A stretch of DNA of 64,000 nucleotides from Escherichia coli (GCF_003334355.1 NZ_QOWP01000007.1); one strand, 5' to 3'; shown: positions 39,358 to 51,829, counted from the first letter of the stretch. Made by a program: numbers and translations. Notes: generated by a model not told the origin, from the letters alone.

Positions 39358-39672
39358 GACAACCTCCCTATTCCATGAGCAAGCAAAAACAATATATGCC
39401 GGATAAAATACGGCGTGTATTGCGGTTATACAACCGCGTTTAGCGAGAGCTAAACAAGATTATTTACACTGAATGCAAGATTGTACGGTCATGGAATAAC
39501 TATATTGCCGCAAATTGCACTTTTGTTTTAGCGATCGCATTTTTTTTGCAAGATTGTTGGCAAGGAAAACAGCTTGCTCCGTCGAAAACCCCGCACCGCT
39601 ATCGCACACTATTTTCAGGCCATTTTTACCTTCCATCGGAGATGGTTCCGTATGCGACTCACAGGAGAAATC

Positions 39673-40437
39673 ATGAAAATAATAACCTGCTTTAAGCTGG
39701 TGCCTGAAGAACAGGACATTGTTGTCACTCCAGAATACACCCTGAATTTCGACAATGCCGACGCCAAAATCAGCCAGTTCGATCTCAATGCCATTGAAGC
39801 TGCAAGCCAGCTTGCAACAGATGACGATGAGATAGCCGCGCTGACCGTTGGCGGCTCATTGTTGCAGAACTCGAAAGTGCGCAAAGACGTGCTATCCCGC
39901 GGGCCGCACAGCCTGTATATGGTGCAGGATGCACAACTTGAGCATGCACTGCCTCTCGATACCGCAAAAGCGCTGGCGGCAGCAGTTGAAAAGATCGGCT
40001 TCGATTTACTGATCTTTGGTGAAGGTTCCGGCGACCTTTATGCCCAGCAGGTTGGCTTGCTGGTCGGAGAAATTCTGCAACTTCCGGTGATTAATGCAGT
40101 GAGTGCTATTCAGCGTCAGGGCAATACACTGGTGATTGAACGCACGCTTGAAGATGACGTTGAAGTTATTGAACTCTCTGTTCCAGCCGTGCTCTGCGTC
40201 ACCTCCGATATTAACGTGCCACGCATTCCTTCGATGAAAGCCATTCTCGGCGCGGGTAAAAAACCGGTAAATCAGTGGCAGGCAAGTGATATTGGCTGGA
40301 GCCAGAGCGCACCACTTGCTGAACTGACCGGCATTCGCGTACCGCCGCAAACAGAACGTAAGCACATCATTCTCGATAACGATTCGCCGGAGGCCATTGC
40401 CGAGCTGGCGGAACATCTGAAGAAAGCCCTGAACTGA
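39673..40437 (+). CDS. ydiQ: Electron-transfer flavoprotein beta-like subunit YdiQ
   Basis: 254-aa product from MKIITCFKLVPEE; ORF-track start 39574 is an extension. Confidence 0.85.
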   Translation: MKIITCFKLVPEEQDIVVTPEYTLNFDNADAKISQFDLNAIEAASQLATDDDEIAALTVGGSLLQNSKVRKDVLSRGPHSLYMVQDAQLEHALPLDTAKALAAAVEKIGFDLLIFGEGSGDLYAQQVGLLVGEILQLPVINAVSAIQRQGNTLVIERTLEDDVEVIELSVPAVLCVTSDINVPRIPSMKAILGAGKKPVNQWQASDIGWSQSAPLAELTGIRVPPQTERKHIILDNDSPEAIAELAEHLKKALN

Positions 40438-40456
40438 AGCCTACGGAGAAGAAACG

Positions 40457-41395
40457 ATGAGTCAATTAAACAGCGTCTGGGTCTTTAGCGATAATCCTGA
40501 ACGTTATGCTGAACTGTTTGGCGGCGCTCAGCAATGGGGCCAACAGGTGTATGCCATTGTACAAAATACCGACCAGGCGCAGGCAGTTATGCCTTATGGT
40601 CCAAAATGTATTTATGTTCTTGAGCAAAACGACGCGCTGCAACGCACTGAAAATTACGCCGAAAGCATTGCTGCTCTGCTGAAAGATAAACACCCCGCTA
40701 TGTTGCTACTGGCCGCGACGAAACGTGGTAAAGCTCTGGCAGCACGGTTAAGTGTGCAACTGAATGCGGCGCTGGTGAACGATGCCGCGGCGGTGGATAT
40801 TGTCGATGGTCACATTTGCGCCGAACACCGGATGTATGGCGGGTTAGCGTTCGCTCAGGAAAAGATCAACAGCTCGCTGGCGATCATTACCCTTGCACCC
40901 GGTGTTCAGGAACCGTGCGCCAGTGATAACTCTCATCAGTGCCCGACAGAAACGGTACCTTATGTTGCTCCGCGTCATGAAATTCTCTGTCGCGAGCGCC
41001 GTGCGAAAGCGGCAAGCAGCGTGGACCTGAGCAAAGCAAAACGTGTGGTTGGCGTCGGTCGTGGTCTGGCAGCGCAGGATGACCTGAAAATGGTCCACGA
41101 ACTGGCGGCGGTGCTGAATGCTGAAGTCGGCTGTTCACGTCCAATTGCCGAAGGCGAGAACTGGATGGAGCGTGAACGTTATATCGGTGTCTCCGGCGTG
41201 TTGCTGAAATCCGATCTCTACCTGACGCTGGGGATCTCCGGGCAGATCCAACATATGGTTGGCGGCAACGGCGCAAAAGTGATTGTCGCCATCAATAAAG
41301 ATAAAAATGCGCCAATCTTCAACTATGCCGACTACGGTCTGGTGGGCGATATCTACAAAGTCGTCCCTGCCCTGATTAGCCAGTTGAGCCGCTAA
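40457..41395 (+). CDS. ydiR: Electron-transfer flavoprotein alpha-like subunit YdiR
   Basis: 312-aa ORF. Confidence 0.85.
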   Translation: MSQLNSVWVFSDNPERYAELFGGAQQWGQQVYAIVQNTDQAQAVMPYGPKCIYVLEQNDALQRTENYAESIAALLKDKHPAMLLLAATKRGKALAARLSVQLNAALVNDAAAVDIVDGHICAEHRMYGGLAFAQEKINSSLAIITLAPGVQEPCASDNSHQCPTETVPYVAPRHEILCRERRAKAASSVDLSKAKRVVGVGRGLAAQDDLKMVHELAAVLNAEVGCSRPIAEGENWMERERYIGVSGVLLKSDLYLTLGISGQIQHMVGGNGAKVIVAINKDKNAPIFNYADYGLVGDIYKVVPALISQLSR

Positions 41396-41450
41396 TTCCC
41401 CTTTCAACCACATCTCCCGCTGTAAACGCAGCGGGAAGGGAGCATAACGC

Positions 41451-42740
41451 ATGTCGGATGACAAATTTGATGCCATTGTGGTCGGTGCGGGCGTTGCTGG
41501 TAGCGTTGCCGCACTGGTCATGGCACGAGCCGGGCTGGATGTCCTGGTGATAGAACGCGGCGACAGTGCCGGATGTAAAAACATGACCGGCGGGCGCCTT
41601 TATGCCCACACACTTGAAGCAATCATTCCAGGCTTTGCAGCATCAGCGCCGGTAGAACGCAAGGTCACACGCGAGAAAATCTCCTTCTTAACCGAAGAGA
41701 GCGCCGTTACCCTCGATTTTCACCGCGAGCAACCAGATGTTCCGCAACACGCATCTTATACCGTATTGCGTAATCGTCTGGACCCGTGGTTGATGGAACA
41801 TGCCGAGCAGGCGGGCGCACAGTTTATCCCGGGAGTTCGCGTCGATGCGCTGGTTCGTGAAGGAAACAAGGTAACTGGCGTGCAGGCTGGGGATGATATT
41901 CTCGAAGCGAATGTGGTGATTCTGGCTGATGGCGTTAACTCGATGCTTGGCCGCTCGCTGGGAATGGTTCCCGCTTCCGATCCGCATCATTACGCTGTTG
42001 GTGTTAAAGAGGTTATTGGCCTCACACCAGAACAGATCAATGATCGCTTTAATATTACGGGCGAGGAAGGTGCCGCCTGGCTGTTTGCCGGTTCCCCTTC
42101 TGACGGCCTGATGGGTGGCGGATTCCTCTATACCAACAACGATTCCGTATCGTTGGGGCTGGTTTGTGGATTGGGTGATATCACCCATGCGCAAAAAAGC
42201 GTGCCGCAAATGCTGGAAGATTTTAAACAACACCCCGCCATTCGCCCACTAATTAGCGGCGGCAAACTGCTTGAATATTCCGCGCATATGGTGCCAGAAG
42301 GCGGTCTGGCAATGGTGCCGCAGCTGGTTAACGATGGCGTGATGATCGTTGGTGACGCCGCAGGCTTCTGCCTGAATTTGGGTTTTACAGTTCGTGGCAT
42401 GGATTTAGCCATTGCATCGGCTCAGGCTGCCGCCACAACGGTGATCGCCGCCAAAGAACGCGAGGATTTCTCCGCCAGCAGTCTGGCGCAATACAAACGA
42501 GAGCTGGAACAAAGTTGTGTTATGCGCGATATGCAGCATTTTCGCAAGATCCCGGCGCTGATGGAAAACCCGCGCCTGTTTAGCCAATACCCACGAATGG
42601 TAGCCGACATCATGAACGAGATGTTCACCATTGACGGCAAACCAAACCAGCCGGTACGCAAAATGATCATGGGACACGCGAAGAAAATTGGGCTGATCAA
42701 CTTGCTGAAAGATGGCATTAAGGGAGCAACCGCGCTATGA
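41451..42740 (+). CDS. ydiS: ETF-quinone oxidoreductase-like flavoprotein YdiS
   Basis: 429-aa ORF, FAD motif VVGAGVAGS. Confidence 0.85.
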   Translation: MSDDKFDAIVVGAGVAGSVAALVMARAGLDVLVIERGDSAGCKNMTGGRLYAHTLEAIIPGFAASAPVERKVTREKISFLTEESAVTLDFHREQPDVPQHASYTVLRNRLDPWLMEHAEQAGAQFIPGVRVDALVREGNKVTGVQAGDDILEANVVILADGVNSMLGRSLGMVPASDPHHYAVGVKEVIGLTPEQINDRFNITGEEGAAWLFAGSPSDGLMGGGFLYTNNDSVSLGLVCGLGDITHAQKSVPQMLEDFKQHPAIRPLISGGKLLEYSAHMVPEGGLAMVPQLVNDGVMIVGDAAGFCLNLGFTVRGMDLAIASAQAAATTVIAAKEREDFSASSLAQYKRELEQSCVMRDMQHFRKIPALMENPRLFSQYPRMVADIMNEMFTIDGKPNQPVRKMIMGHAKKIGLINLLKDGIKGATAL

Positions 42741-43030
42741 GCCAGAACGCTACGGTTAACGTCGACATCAAATTAGGCGTCAATAAATTCCATGTTGATG
42801 AGGGCCACCCGCATATCATTCTGGCGGAAAATCCCGATATCAATGAATTCCGTAAATTAATGAAAGCCTGCCCTGCCGGACTTTATAAGCAGGATGATGC
42901 AGGAAACATTCATTTTGATTCCGCCGGTTGTCTGGAGTGCGGCACCTGTCGGGTGCTGTGCGGTAACACTATTCTCGAACATTGGCAATATCCCGCAGGC
43001 ACCTTCGGTATTGATTTTCGCTACGGCTAA
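42737..43030 (+). CDS. ydiT: Ferredoxin-like protein YdiT
   Basis: 97-aa ORF, 4-bp overlap with ydiS, Cys cluster CLECGTCRVLC. Confidence 0.85.
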   Translation: MSQNATVNVDIKLGVNKFHVDEGHPHIILAENPDINEFRKLMKACPAGLYKQDDAGNIHFDSAGCLECGTCRVLCGNTILEHWQYPAGTFGIDFRYG

Positions 43031-43086
43031 TCATGCATCCCACAGGCCCGCATCTCGGGCCTGATGTTCTGTTTCGAGAGTCCAAC

Positions 43087-44733
43087 ATGAAAGTGACATT
43101 AACGTTTAACGAACAACGTCGTGCGGCGTATCGTCAGCAAGGGCTATGGGGCGATGCTTCGCTGGCCGATTACTGGCAGCAGACCGCTCGTGCGATGCCA
43201 GACAAAATTGCCGTGGTCGATAATCATGGTGCATCGTACACCTATAGCGCGCTCGATCACGCCGCGAGCTGTCTGGCAAACTGGATGTTGACGAAGGGTA
43301 TTGAATCAGGCGATCGCATCGCATTTCAACTGCCTGGCTGGTGTGAATTTACCGTTATCTATCTTGCCTGCCTGAAAATCGGTGCGGTTTCCGTACCGCT
43401 GTTGCCTTCCTGGCGGGAAGCAGAACTGGTATGGGTACTCAATAAGTGTCAGGCAAAAATGTTCTTTGCACCGACGTTGTTTAAACAAACGCGTCCGGTA
43501 GATTTAATCCTGCCGCTGCAAAATCAGCTTCCACAACTACAACAAATTGTCGGCGTGGACAAACTGACTCCCGCCACCTCTTCCCTCTCATTAAGTCAGA
43601 TTATCGCCGACAATACCTCACTGACCACGGCGATAACGACCCACGGCGATGAATTAGCTGCGGTGCTGTTTACCTCCGGAACCGAGGGTCTGCCAAAGGG
43701 CGTGATGCTTACGCATAACAATATTCTCGCCAGTGAGCGGGCTTATTGCGCGCGGCTGAATCTGACCTGGCAGGATGTCTTTATGATGCCTGCGCCACTC
43801 GGCCACGCAACGGGCTTTCTGCATGGCGTAACAGCACCATTTTTGATTGGTGCTCGCAGCGTGTTGTTAGATATTTTCACTCCTGATGCGTGTCTCGCGC
43901 TGCTTGAGCAGCAGCGTTGCACCTGTATGCTCGGCGCAACGCCGTTTGTCTATGATCTTTTGAATGTACTAGAGAAACAGCCCGCAGACCTTTCAGCGCT
44001 GCGTTTCTTTCTTTGCGGCGGTACCACAATCCCCAAAAAAGTGGCACGTGAATGCCAGCAGCGCGGCATTAAATTATTAAGTGTTTATGGTTCCACAGAA
44101 AGTTCGCCGCATGCGGTGGTGAATCTCGATGATCCTTTGTCGCGCTTTATGCACACCGATGGTTACGCTGCCGCAGGTGTAGAGATTAAAGTGGTCGATG
44201 ACGCACGCAAGACCTTACCGCCAGGTTGTGAAGGTGAAGAAGCCTCGCGTGGCCCCAATGTGTTTATGGGGTATTTTGATGAACCTGAATTAACCGCCCG
44301 TGCGCTGGATGAAGAAGGCTGGTATTACAGCGGCGATCTCTGCCGCATGGATGAGGCTGGCTATATAAAAATTACCGGACGCAAAAAAGATATTATTGTC
44401 CGCGGCGGCGAAAATATTAGCAGCCGTGAAGTAGAAGATATTTTATTGCAGCATCCTAAAATTCACGATGCCTGTGTGGTTGCAATGCCCGATGAACGTT
44501 TAGGTGAACGATCATGCGCTTATGTCGTGCTGAAAGCGCCGCATCATTCATTATCGCTGGAAGAGGTGGTGGCTTTTTTTAGCCGTAAACGGGTCGCAAA
44601 ATATAAATATCCTGAACATATCGTAGTGATCGAAAAACTGCCGCGTACAGCCTCAGGTAAAATACAAAAATTTTTGTTAAGGAAAGATATTATGCGGCGA
44701 TTAACTCAGGATGTCTGTGAAGAGATTGAATAA
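43087..44733 (+). CDS. fadK: Short-chain acyl-CoA synthetase (anaerobic) FadK
   Basis: 548-aa product from MKVTLTFNEQ; AMP-binding motif; ORF-track 43033 start is an extension. Confidence 0.85.
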   Translation: MKVTLTFNEQRRAAYRQQGLWGDASLADYWQQTARAMPDKIAVVDNHGASYTYSALDHAASCLANWMLTKGIESGDRIAFQLPGWCEFTVIYLACLKIGAVSVPLLPSWREAELVWVLNKCQAKMFFAPTLFKQTRPVDLILPLQNQLPQLQQIVGVDKLTPATSSLSLSQIIADNTSLTTAITTHGDELAAVLFTSGTEGLPKGVMLTHNNILASERAYCARLNLTWQDVFMMPAPLGHATGFLHGVTAPFLIGARSVLLDIFTPDACLALLEQQRCTCMLGATPFVYDLLNVLEKQPADLSALRFFLCGGTTIPKKVARECQQRGIKLLSVYGSTESSPHAVVNLDDPLSRFMHTDGYAAAGVEIKVVDDARKTLPPGCEGEEASRGPNVFMGYFDEPELTARALDEEGWYYSGDLCRMDEAGYIKITGRKKDIIVRGGENISSREVEDILLQHPKIHDACVVAMPDERLGERSCAYVVLKAPHHSLSLEEVVAFFSRKRVAKYKYPEHIVVIEKLPRTASGKIQKFLLRKDIMRRLTQDVCEEIE

Positions 44734-44758
44734 GTTTCATCTTCGGGGATCACATAAA

Positions 44759-44795
44759 CCCGGCGACAAAACGCCGCCGGGGATTTATTTTATTT
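44759..44795 (+). terminator. Hairpin plus T-rich tract between convergent fadK and ppsA
   Basis: CCCGGCG-N9-CGCCGGG followed by GATTTATTTTATTTCTT. Confidence 0.4.
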
Positions 44796-47168
44796 CTTCA
44801 GTTCAGCCAGGCTTAACCAGGTTTGCACCACGGTGTCCGGGTTCAGAGACAGGCTATCGATCCCCTCTTCCATCAACCATGCGGCAAAGTCTTCGTGGTC
44901 GGACGGACCCTGACCGCAAATCCCGACATATTTGCCCTGTTTCTTCGCGGCACGAATCGCCATCGACAGCAGTGCTTTCACCGCATCGTTGCGCTCATCG
45001 AACAATTCAGACACCACGCCGGAGTCACGATCCAGACCGAGCGCTAGCTGCGTCATGTCGTTTGAGCCAATTGAGAAGCCGTCGAAATATTCGAGGAACT
45101 GCTCGGCCAGCAAGGCGTTGGACGGGATTTCACACATCATGATGATTTTCAGCCCGTTCTCACCACGTTTCAGCCCCTGACGCGCCAGTTCCTCAACCAC
45201 CGCTTTCGCCTGATCTACGGTACGCACGAACGGGATCATGATCTCAACGTTGGTCAGCCCCATGTCGTTGCGCACACGTTTCACTGCTTCGCACTCCAGC
45301 GCGAAACAGTCGCGGAAGCTGTCGGAAACATAGCGGCCCGCGCCACGGAAGCCGAGCATCGGGTTCTCTTCATCTGGCTCGTAACGCTCACCACCGACCA
45401 GGTTGGCATATTCGTTCGATTTAAAATCAGAGAGACGGACAATGACGCGCTTCGGATAAAACGCGGCACCCAGCGTCGCGATCCCTTCAGTCAGACGACC
45501 AACGTAAAATTCACGCGGAGAATCAAAACCTTTCATCATCTCGCGGATTTCGTTTTGCAACTGCGGTTCCTGATCGTCAAACTCAAGCAGTGCGCGTGGG
45601 TGGACGCCAATCATACGGTTGATGATAAATTCCAGACGCGCAAGGCCCACGCCTTCGTTCGGCAGACAGGCGAAGTCGAAAGCACGGTCCGGGTTACCGA
45701 CGTTCATCATCACTTTCAACGGCAGATCCGGCATCGTTTCTACGCTGGAGCTTTTCACGCTAAATTCCAGCAACTCCGCATAGACGTAACCGGTATCACC
45801 TTCGGCACAAGAAACAGTGACGTTCTCACCGTCTTTCATCCGTTCTGTTGCATCTCCACAGCCCACTACCGCCGGAATGCCCAGTTCACGAGCGATGATC
45901 GCCGCGTGACAGGTACGACCGCCACGGTTGGTGACGATGGCAGATGCTTTCTTCATGATCGGTTCCCAGTCCGGGTCGGTCATGTCAGTAACCAGCACGT
46001 CGCCAGGTTCGATGCGGTTCATTTCGCTGATGTCATGGATGACTTTCACCGGACCCGCGCCGATGCGATGACCGATAGCACGGCCTTCGGCGATAATCTT
46101 ACCCTGTGAATGCAGCGTATAACGCTCCATGACCTGACCGCGTGAGCGCACGGTTTCCGGACGCGCCTGCACAATGAACAGTTTGCCGGTGTGGCCATCT
46201 TTCGCCCACTCAATATCCATTGGGCGACCGTAGTGTTTCTCAATTTGTACGGCCTGTTTTGCCAGTTCCTGCACTTCTTCGTTGGTCAGCGAGAAGATGT
46301 CACGCTGTTCCTGCGGTACGTCTTCGATTTTAACCTGCTTGCCGTGCTCCTGGGTCGGCGCGTAAACCATGCGGATTTTTTTCGACCCCATGGTGCGGCG
46401 CACGATAGCCGGGCGATTCGCCGCCAGTGTCGGTTTATGCACGTAAAACTCATCCGGGTTAACCGCACCCTGCACGACCATTTCCCCAAGGCCCCATGCG
46501 GAAGTGATAAACACCACCTGGTCAAAGCCGGATTCGGTATCAATGGAGAACATCACGCCAGAAGATGCGAGGTCGGAGCGCACCATCCGCTGAACACCGG
46601 CGGAGAGCGCCACGCCACGGTGATCGTAACCCTGGTGCACACGATAAGAGATGGCGCGATCGTTAAACAGAGAAGCAAATACATGTTTCACTGCCACGAG
46701 AACGGCGTCAAAACCCTGAACGTTGAGGAAGGTTTCCTGCTGACCGGCAAAGGAAGCGTCCGGCATGTCTTCTGCGGTGGCGGAGGAGCGCACCGCAAAA
46801 GAGGCGTTTTCGTCATCGGCGGAAAGCTGTGCATAGGCTTCGCGTATGGCATTTTCCAGCTCAGGCTGGAAGGGAGTGTCGATAATCCACTGGCGGATTT
46901 GCGCGCCCGCTTTCGCAAGCTGGCTAACATCGTCAATATCCGTTTTATCCAGCAGTTCATAAATGCGCTGGTTTACGCCGCTTTGGTCCAGAAACTGGTT
47001 AAACGCGTCGGCGGTTGTGGCGAAACCATTCGGAACGGAAACACCCATTCCGGAAAGGTTAGTAATCATTTCACCCAGGGAGGCATTTTTGCCCCCAACC
47101 CTGTCTACATCATTCATGCCGAGTTGGTTATACCAAAGCACCAGCGGTGACGAGCCATTGTTGGACAT
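44790..47168 (-). CDS. ppsA: Phosphoenolpyruvate synthase
   Basis: 792-aa ORF, recognised including catalytic His region [13 protein letters not shown]. Confidence 0.95.
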   Translation of the reverse strand: MSNNGSSPLVLWYNQLGMNDVDRVGGKNASLGEMITNLSGMGVSVPNGFATTADAFNQFLDQSGVNQRIYELLDKTDIDDVSQLAKAGAQIRQWIIDTPFQPELENAIREAYAQLSADDENASFAVRSSATAEDMPDASFAGQQETFLNVQGFDAVLVAVKHVFASLFNDRAISYRVHQGYDHRGVALSAGVQRMVRSDLASSGVMFSIDTESGFDQVVFITSAWGLGEMVVQGAVNPDEFYVHKPTLAANRPAIVRRTMGSKKIRMVYAPTQEHGKQVKIEDVPQEQRDIFSLTNEEVQELAKQAVQIEKHYGRPMDIEWAKDGHTGKLFIVQARPETVRSRGQVMERYTLHSQGKIIAEGRAIGHRIGAGPVKVIHDISEMNRIEPGDVLVTDMTDPDWEPIMKKASAIVTNRGGRTCHAAIIARELGIPAVVGCGDATERMKDGENVTVSCAEGDTGYVYAELLEFSVKSSSVETMPDLPLKVMMNVGNPDRAFDFACLPNEGVGLARLEFIINRMIGVHPRALLEFDDQEPQLQNEIREMMKGFDSPREFYVGRLTEGIATLGAAFYPKRVIVRLSDFKSNEYANLVGGERYEPDEENPMLGFRGAGRYVSDSFRDCFALECEAVKRVRNDMGLTNVEIMIPFVRTVDQAKAVVEELARQGLKRGENGLKIIMMCEIPSNALLAEQFLEYFDGFSIGSNDMTQLALGLDRDSGVVSELFDERNDAVKALLSMAIRAAKKQGKYVGICGQGPSDHEDFAAWLMEEGIDSLSLNPDTVVQTWLSLAELKK

Positions 47169-47254
47169 CGAACAATCCTTTTGTGATAAATGAACGGTTT
47201 GAGAAACACATTTCTGCGCATTTATCTTTGCATATTTAACCGGATGAAAAAAAC

Positions 47255-47270
47255 GGTGAATCGTTCAAGC
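47255..47270. promoter_or_regulatory. Candidate Cra (FruR) site in ppsA promoter
   Basis: GGTGAATCGTTCAAGC matches the TGAAWCSNTHHW-type Cra half-palindrome upstream of ppsA. Confidence 0.45.
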
Positions 47271-47500
47271 AAATATATTTTTTTACTTTTTAAGACTGAT
47301 CCCAGCGTTGCGCAAACCTGCTCTATTCGACAATTTCCACATAAACCATCGGTATAAACGAAACCATAAAAATGAAATGCTGTTTTCATAAAAAATAAAA
47401 TTGAAGGTTCATTTTATAAACCAGACATTACGTCCTACGCTTCTGTGCGTTTTTAATTTATGCTTTCATAGAATTATGTCTGCATCACGGGAAGAACAAA

Positions 47501-48334
47501 ATGGATAATGCTGTTGATCGCCACGTTTTTTATATTTCTGATGGTACGGCAATAACTGCGGAGGTATTAGGACACGCAGTAATGTCACAATTTCCCGTCA
47601 CTATCAGCAGCATTACGCTGCCGTTTGTCGAAAATGAGAGCCGTGCACGGGCAGTGAAGGATCAGATTGACGCCATTTATCACCAGACAGGTGTGCGCCC
47701 GCTGGTCTTCTACTCCATCGTGTTGCCGGAGATTCGCGCCATCATCTTGCAAAGTGAAGGCTTTTGCCAGGATATCGTTCAGGCGCTGGTTGCCCCGCTA
47801 CAACAAGAGATGAAACTGGATCCAACGCCGATTGCTCATCGTACCCATGGTCTTAACCCTAATAATCTCAATAAATATGATGCGCGCATTGCGGCGATTG
47901 ATTACACCCTCGCCCACGATGACGGCATTTCGTTGCGCAATCTGGACCAGGCTCAGGTGATCCTGCTCGGTGTTTCTCGCTGTGGTAAAACCCCCACCAG
48001 TCTGTATCTGGCAATGCAATTTGGTATCCGTGCGGCAAACTACCCCTTTATTGCCGACGATATGGACAACCTGGTGCTACCCGCGTCGCTCAAACCGCTT
48101 CAGCATAAATTGTTCGGCCTGACTATCGACCCGGAACGTCTGGCGGCGATTCGCGAGGAACGTCGGGAGAACAGTCGCTATGCCTCGCTTCGTCAGTGCA
48201 GGATGGAAGTCGCGGAAGTGGAAGCGTTGTACCGTAAAAATCAGATCCCGTGGATTAACAGTACCAATTATTCGGTAGAAGAGATTGCCACCAAGATCCT
48301 CGATATCATGGGGCTTAGCCGCCGAATGTACTAG
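47501..48334 (+). CDS. ppsR: PEP synthase regulatory kinase/phosphotransferase
   Basis: 277-aa ORF divergent from ppsA, P-loop GVSRCGKT. Confidence 0.9.
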
Positions 48335-48345
48335 AGAACTAGTGC
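48328..48345. promoter_or_regulatory. TrpR operator in aroH promoter
   Basis: GTACTAGAGAACTAGTGC, a near-palindromic Trp-box (consensus GTACTAGTTAACTAGTAC). Confidence 0.55.
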
Positions 48346-48490
48346 ATTAGCTTATTTTTTTGTTATCATGCTAACCACCCGGCGAGGTGTGACACACCTC
48401 GCACTTGAAATCAGCAGCGATTGGTTTATCGTGATGCGCATCACTTCCCGGCAGTCCTGCCGTAGAAGCAACAAATTTCTGAGACTTGTA

Positions 48491-49537
48491 ATGAACAGAA
48501 CTGACGAACTCCGTACTGCGCGTATTGAGAGCCTGGTAACGCCCGCCGAACTCGCGCTACGGTATCCCGTAACGCCTGGCGTCGCCACCCATGTCACCGA
48601 CTCCCGCCGCAGAATTGAAAAAATACTGAATGGTGAAGATAAGCGACTGTTGGTCATTATTGGCCCCTGCTCGATCCACGATCTCACCGCTGCAATGGAG
48701 TACGCCACCCGTCTGCAGTCGCTGCGCAACCATTACCAGTCACGGCTGGAAATCGTAATGCGCACCTATTTTGAAAAACCACGAACTGTTGTCGGCTGGA
48801 AAGGGCTAATCTCCGATCCGGATTTAAACGGCAGCTATCGGGTAAATCACGGTCTGGAGCTGGCGCGCAAATTACTTTTACAGGTAAATGAGCTGGGTGT
48901 CCCTACCGCGACTGAGTTTCTCGATATGGTGACCGGTCAGTTTATTGCTGATTTAATCAGTTGGGGCGCGATTGGCGCTCGTACTACCGAAAGTCAGATC
49001 CACCGCGAAATGGCTTCAGCACTCTCCTGTCCGGTAGGTTTTAAAAATGGTACCGATGGCAACACGCGGATTGCTGTGGATGCTATCCGCGCAGCCCGCG
49101 CCAGCCATATGTTCCTCTCGCCAGACAAAAATGGTCAGATGACCATCTATCAGACCAGCGGCAACCCGTATGGCCACATTATTATGCGTGGCGGCAAAAA
49201 ACCGAATTATCATGCCGATGATATCGCCGCAGCCTGCGATACGCTGCACGAGTTTGATTTACCTGAACATCTGGTGGTGGATTTCAGCCACGGTAACTGC
49301 CAGAAGCAGCACCGTCGCCAGTTAGAAGTTTGTGAGGATATTTGTCAGCAAATCCGCAATGGCTCTACGGCGATTGCTGGAATTATGGCGGAAAGTTTCC
49401 TGCGCGAAGGAACGCAAAAAATCGTCGGCAGTCAGCCGCTCACTTACGGTCAATCCATTACCGACCCGTGTCTGGGCTGGGAAGATACCGAACGCCTGGT
49501 CGAAAAACTCGCCTCTGCGGTAGATACCCGCTTCTGA
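48491..49537 (+). CDS. aroH: DAHP synthase, Trp-sensitive
   Basis: 348-aa product from MNRTDELRTARI; ORF-track start 48368 is an extension. Confidence 0.93.
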   Translation: MNRTDELRTARIESLVTPAELALRYPVTPGVATHVTDSRRRIEKILNGEDKRLLVIIGPCSIHDLTAAMEYATRLQSLRNHYQSRLEIVMRTYFEKPRTVVGWKGLISDPDLNGSYRVNHGLELARKLLLQVNELGVPTATEFLDMVTGQFIADLISWGAIGARTTESQIHREMASALSCPVGFKNGTDGNTRIAVDAIRAARASHMFLSPDKNGQMTIYQTSGNPYGHIIMRGGKKPNYHADDIAAACDTLHEFDLPEHLVVDFSHGNCQKQHRRQLEVCEDICQQIRNGSTAIAGIMAESFLREGTQKIVGSQPLTYGQSITDPCLGWEDTERLVEKLASAVDTRF

Positions 49538-49549
49538 ATGCGTGCCCAT

Positions 49550-49578
49550 TCCTGATGGGATGGGCATTTCTGCGCAAC
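49550..49578 (+). terminator. Hairpin after aroH
   Basis: TGCCCAT-tcctgatggg-ATGGGCA followed by TTTCTG. Confidence 0.4.
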
Positions 49579-49626
49579 TTGTTGTCTTCTCAACACATTA
49601 CTGCTTGCTCTGGCCTGCCATAATAT

Positions 49627-49644
49627 TGATAATAAGAATCATTG
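49627..49644. promoter_or_regulatory. Fur-box-like sequence upstream of ydiE
   Basis: TGATAATAAGAATCATTG resembles Fur consensus; ydiE is HemP-like. Confidence 0.4.
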
Positions 49645-49668
49645 TTATATCAATTATTATTAATTTTT

Positions 49669-49860
49669 ATGCGTTATACGGATAGCAGAAAACTCACGCC
49701 TGAAACGGATGCCAATCACAAGACCGCTTCCCCGCAGCCCATCCGGCGAATTACCAGCCAGACACTGTTAGGTCCGGATGGCAAACTGATTATCGATCAT
49801 GACGGGCAAGAATATCTGCTCCGTAAAACTCAGGCTGGCAAGCTGCTGTTAACTAAGTAG
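49669..49860 (+). CDS. ydiE: HemP-like small protein YdiE
   Basis: 63-aa product from [10 protein letters not shown]. Confidence 0.75.
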   Translation: MRYTDSRKLTPETDANHKTASPQPIRRITSQTLLGPDGKLIIDHDGQEYLLRKTQAGKLLLTK

Positions 49861-49863
49861 CCT

Positions 49864-50517
<654 letters not shown>

Positions 50518-50551
50518 GGGGCACCTTTACCCCACCAACCTGATACCATTA

Positions 50552-51829
50552 TCAGATGGTTGATAGATCGACCCCGTAGTTGAGTTCCTCTGCGAAGTCC
50601 GGCAGTCCGTAACCGATGGTTTTCTTGTAGAACGGAGAGACCTTCGCGGTCGGGGCCTTCTTCTTGTGCTTCGTGGTGTAGAGCATTCGTGCCCGCATCA
50701 CCTCGAAGGAGTAACCACGTCCTTCACGGTTCTTGTCCTTGGCCAGTCGGTTGATGGACTCCGTGTAAGCGTTGGTGACGGGCATGTCCGTCTCGAAGTA
50801 GGTCATGATCTCTTCGCGCCAGTTGCCTACAGCCCTGACCAGATCGCTCCAGACTTCCTTCTGGCCCTTCGGGATGGTGGCTATCCACTCGTCCAGGGCG
50901 GCTTCTGCCTGGGGCCGTGTGGTAGCGTCCCAGATGCCGTAGAAACGTTCCTTGTGCTCGTAGGCGGCCAGCAGTTGTGGGAATGCGCCGGTCCAGGTCT
51001 CCATGATGAGGCGTTCCCGGTTTGAGACTTCGTGAGCGCGTTTCAGCAGGATTTTCCGGTCACCCTTGAGGGTTCGGCTCTGGGAGGGCATCAGCTCCTT
51101 CCTGAGGCCCTTGCGCACCTTCTCCAGGGCATCGTTGGCCATGCGCACCACATGGAACTTATCGACCACGATGCGGGCCTGTGGCAGCACCGCCTTGACC
51201 GCTGCTCGGTAGGGATTCCACATGTCCATGCTGACGATCTTGACCTTCTGCCGGTCTTTCATCTTCATCAGGTAGTTGGTCACCACGTCCTGACGGCGGG
51301 TGGCCAGCAGGTCGAGCAGGGTCCTCTCCTCGATGTTGGTCAGGATGCAGCGGTAGCGCTTGTTCAGGTACAACTCGTCAATGCCGAGAATGCGGGGCGT
51401 CTCGAAGCGGTGCCAGCGCCCCAGGAATTCGGCGCGGGCGTTGAAAATGTCGCGTACCGTCTTCTCGTCCAGGCCCGTGGTATCAGCCACGTAGGCGTAG
51501 GGGTGATTGAAGGCTTCCTTCTCCACGTACTCATGCAACCGCAGCGTCATGCGGAAGCCGTCCACCATCTCCGGTAGCTGGGGCCTGAAGGTGGTCTTGC
51601 AGGCCCGGCAGGTGTACCGGCGACGAACTACCCAGAGGGTGACCCGCTTGCCGTGGATGGGCAGGTCACGATAGGGAACATCACGCTTGCCGAACCGCAC
51701 GAACTCACCCTGCACGCCGCACCCCTCGCAGGCTACTGGTGTAGGAGCTTCAAGCCGAAAATGTATGTCTTCATTCTGCTCATCAGAATCCACCAACTGG
51801 TACCCAGGAAGGCTTAACGAATTAATCAT
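50552..51829 (-). CDS. tnpA: ISL3-family DDE transposase
   Basis: 425-aa ORF; N-terminal zinc ribbon CEGCG...CRAC, overall ISL3 transposase architecture. Confidence 0.88.
   Translation of the reverse strand: MINSLSLPGYQLVDSDEQNEDIHFRLEAPTPVACEGCGVQGEFVRFGKRDVPYRDLPIHGKRVTLWVVRRRYTCRACKTTFRPQLPEMVDGFRMTLRLHEYVEKEAFNHPYAYVADTTGLDEKTVRDIFNARAEFLGRWHRFETPRILGIDELYLNKRYRCILTNIEERTLLDLLATRRQDVVTNYLMKMKDRQKVKIVSMDMWNPYRAAVKAVLPQARIVVDKFHVVRMANDALEKVRKGLRKELMPSQSRTLKGDRKILLKRAHEVSNRERLIMETWTGAFPQLLAAYEHKERFYGIWDATTRPQAEAALDEWIATIPKGQKEVWSDLVRAVGNWREEIMTYFETDMPVTNAYTESINRLAKDKNREGRGYSFEVMRARMLYTTKHKKKAPTAKVSPFYKKTIGYGLPDFAEELNYGVDLSTI

Noticed and set aside
45555-47150. 184-aa and 319-aa plus-strand ORFs
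   Set aside because: Antisense to ppsA.
51032-51577. 181-aa plus-strand ORF inside the mobile element
   Set aside because: Entirely antisense to the transposase gene; not a plausible additional cargo gene.
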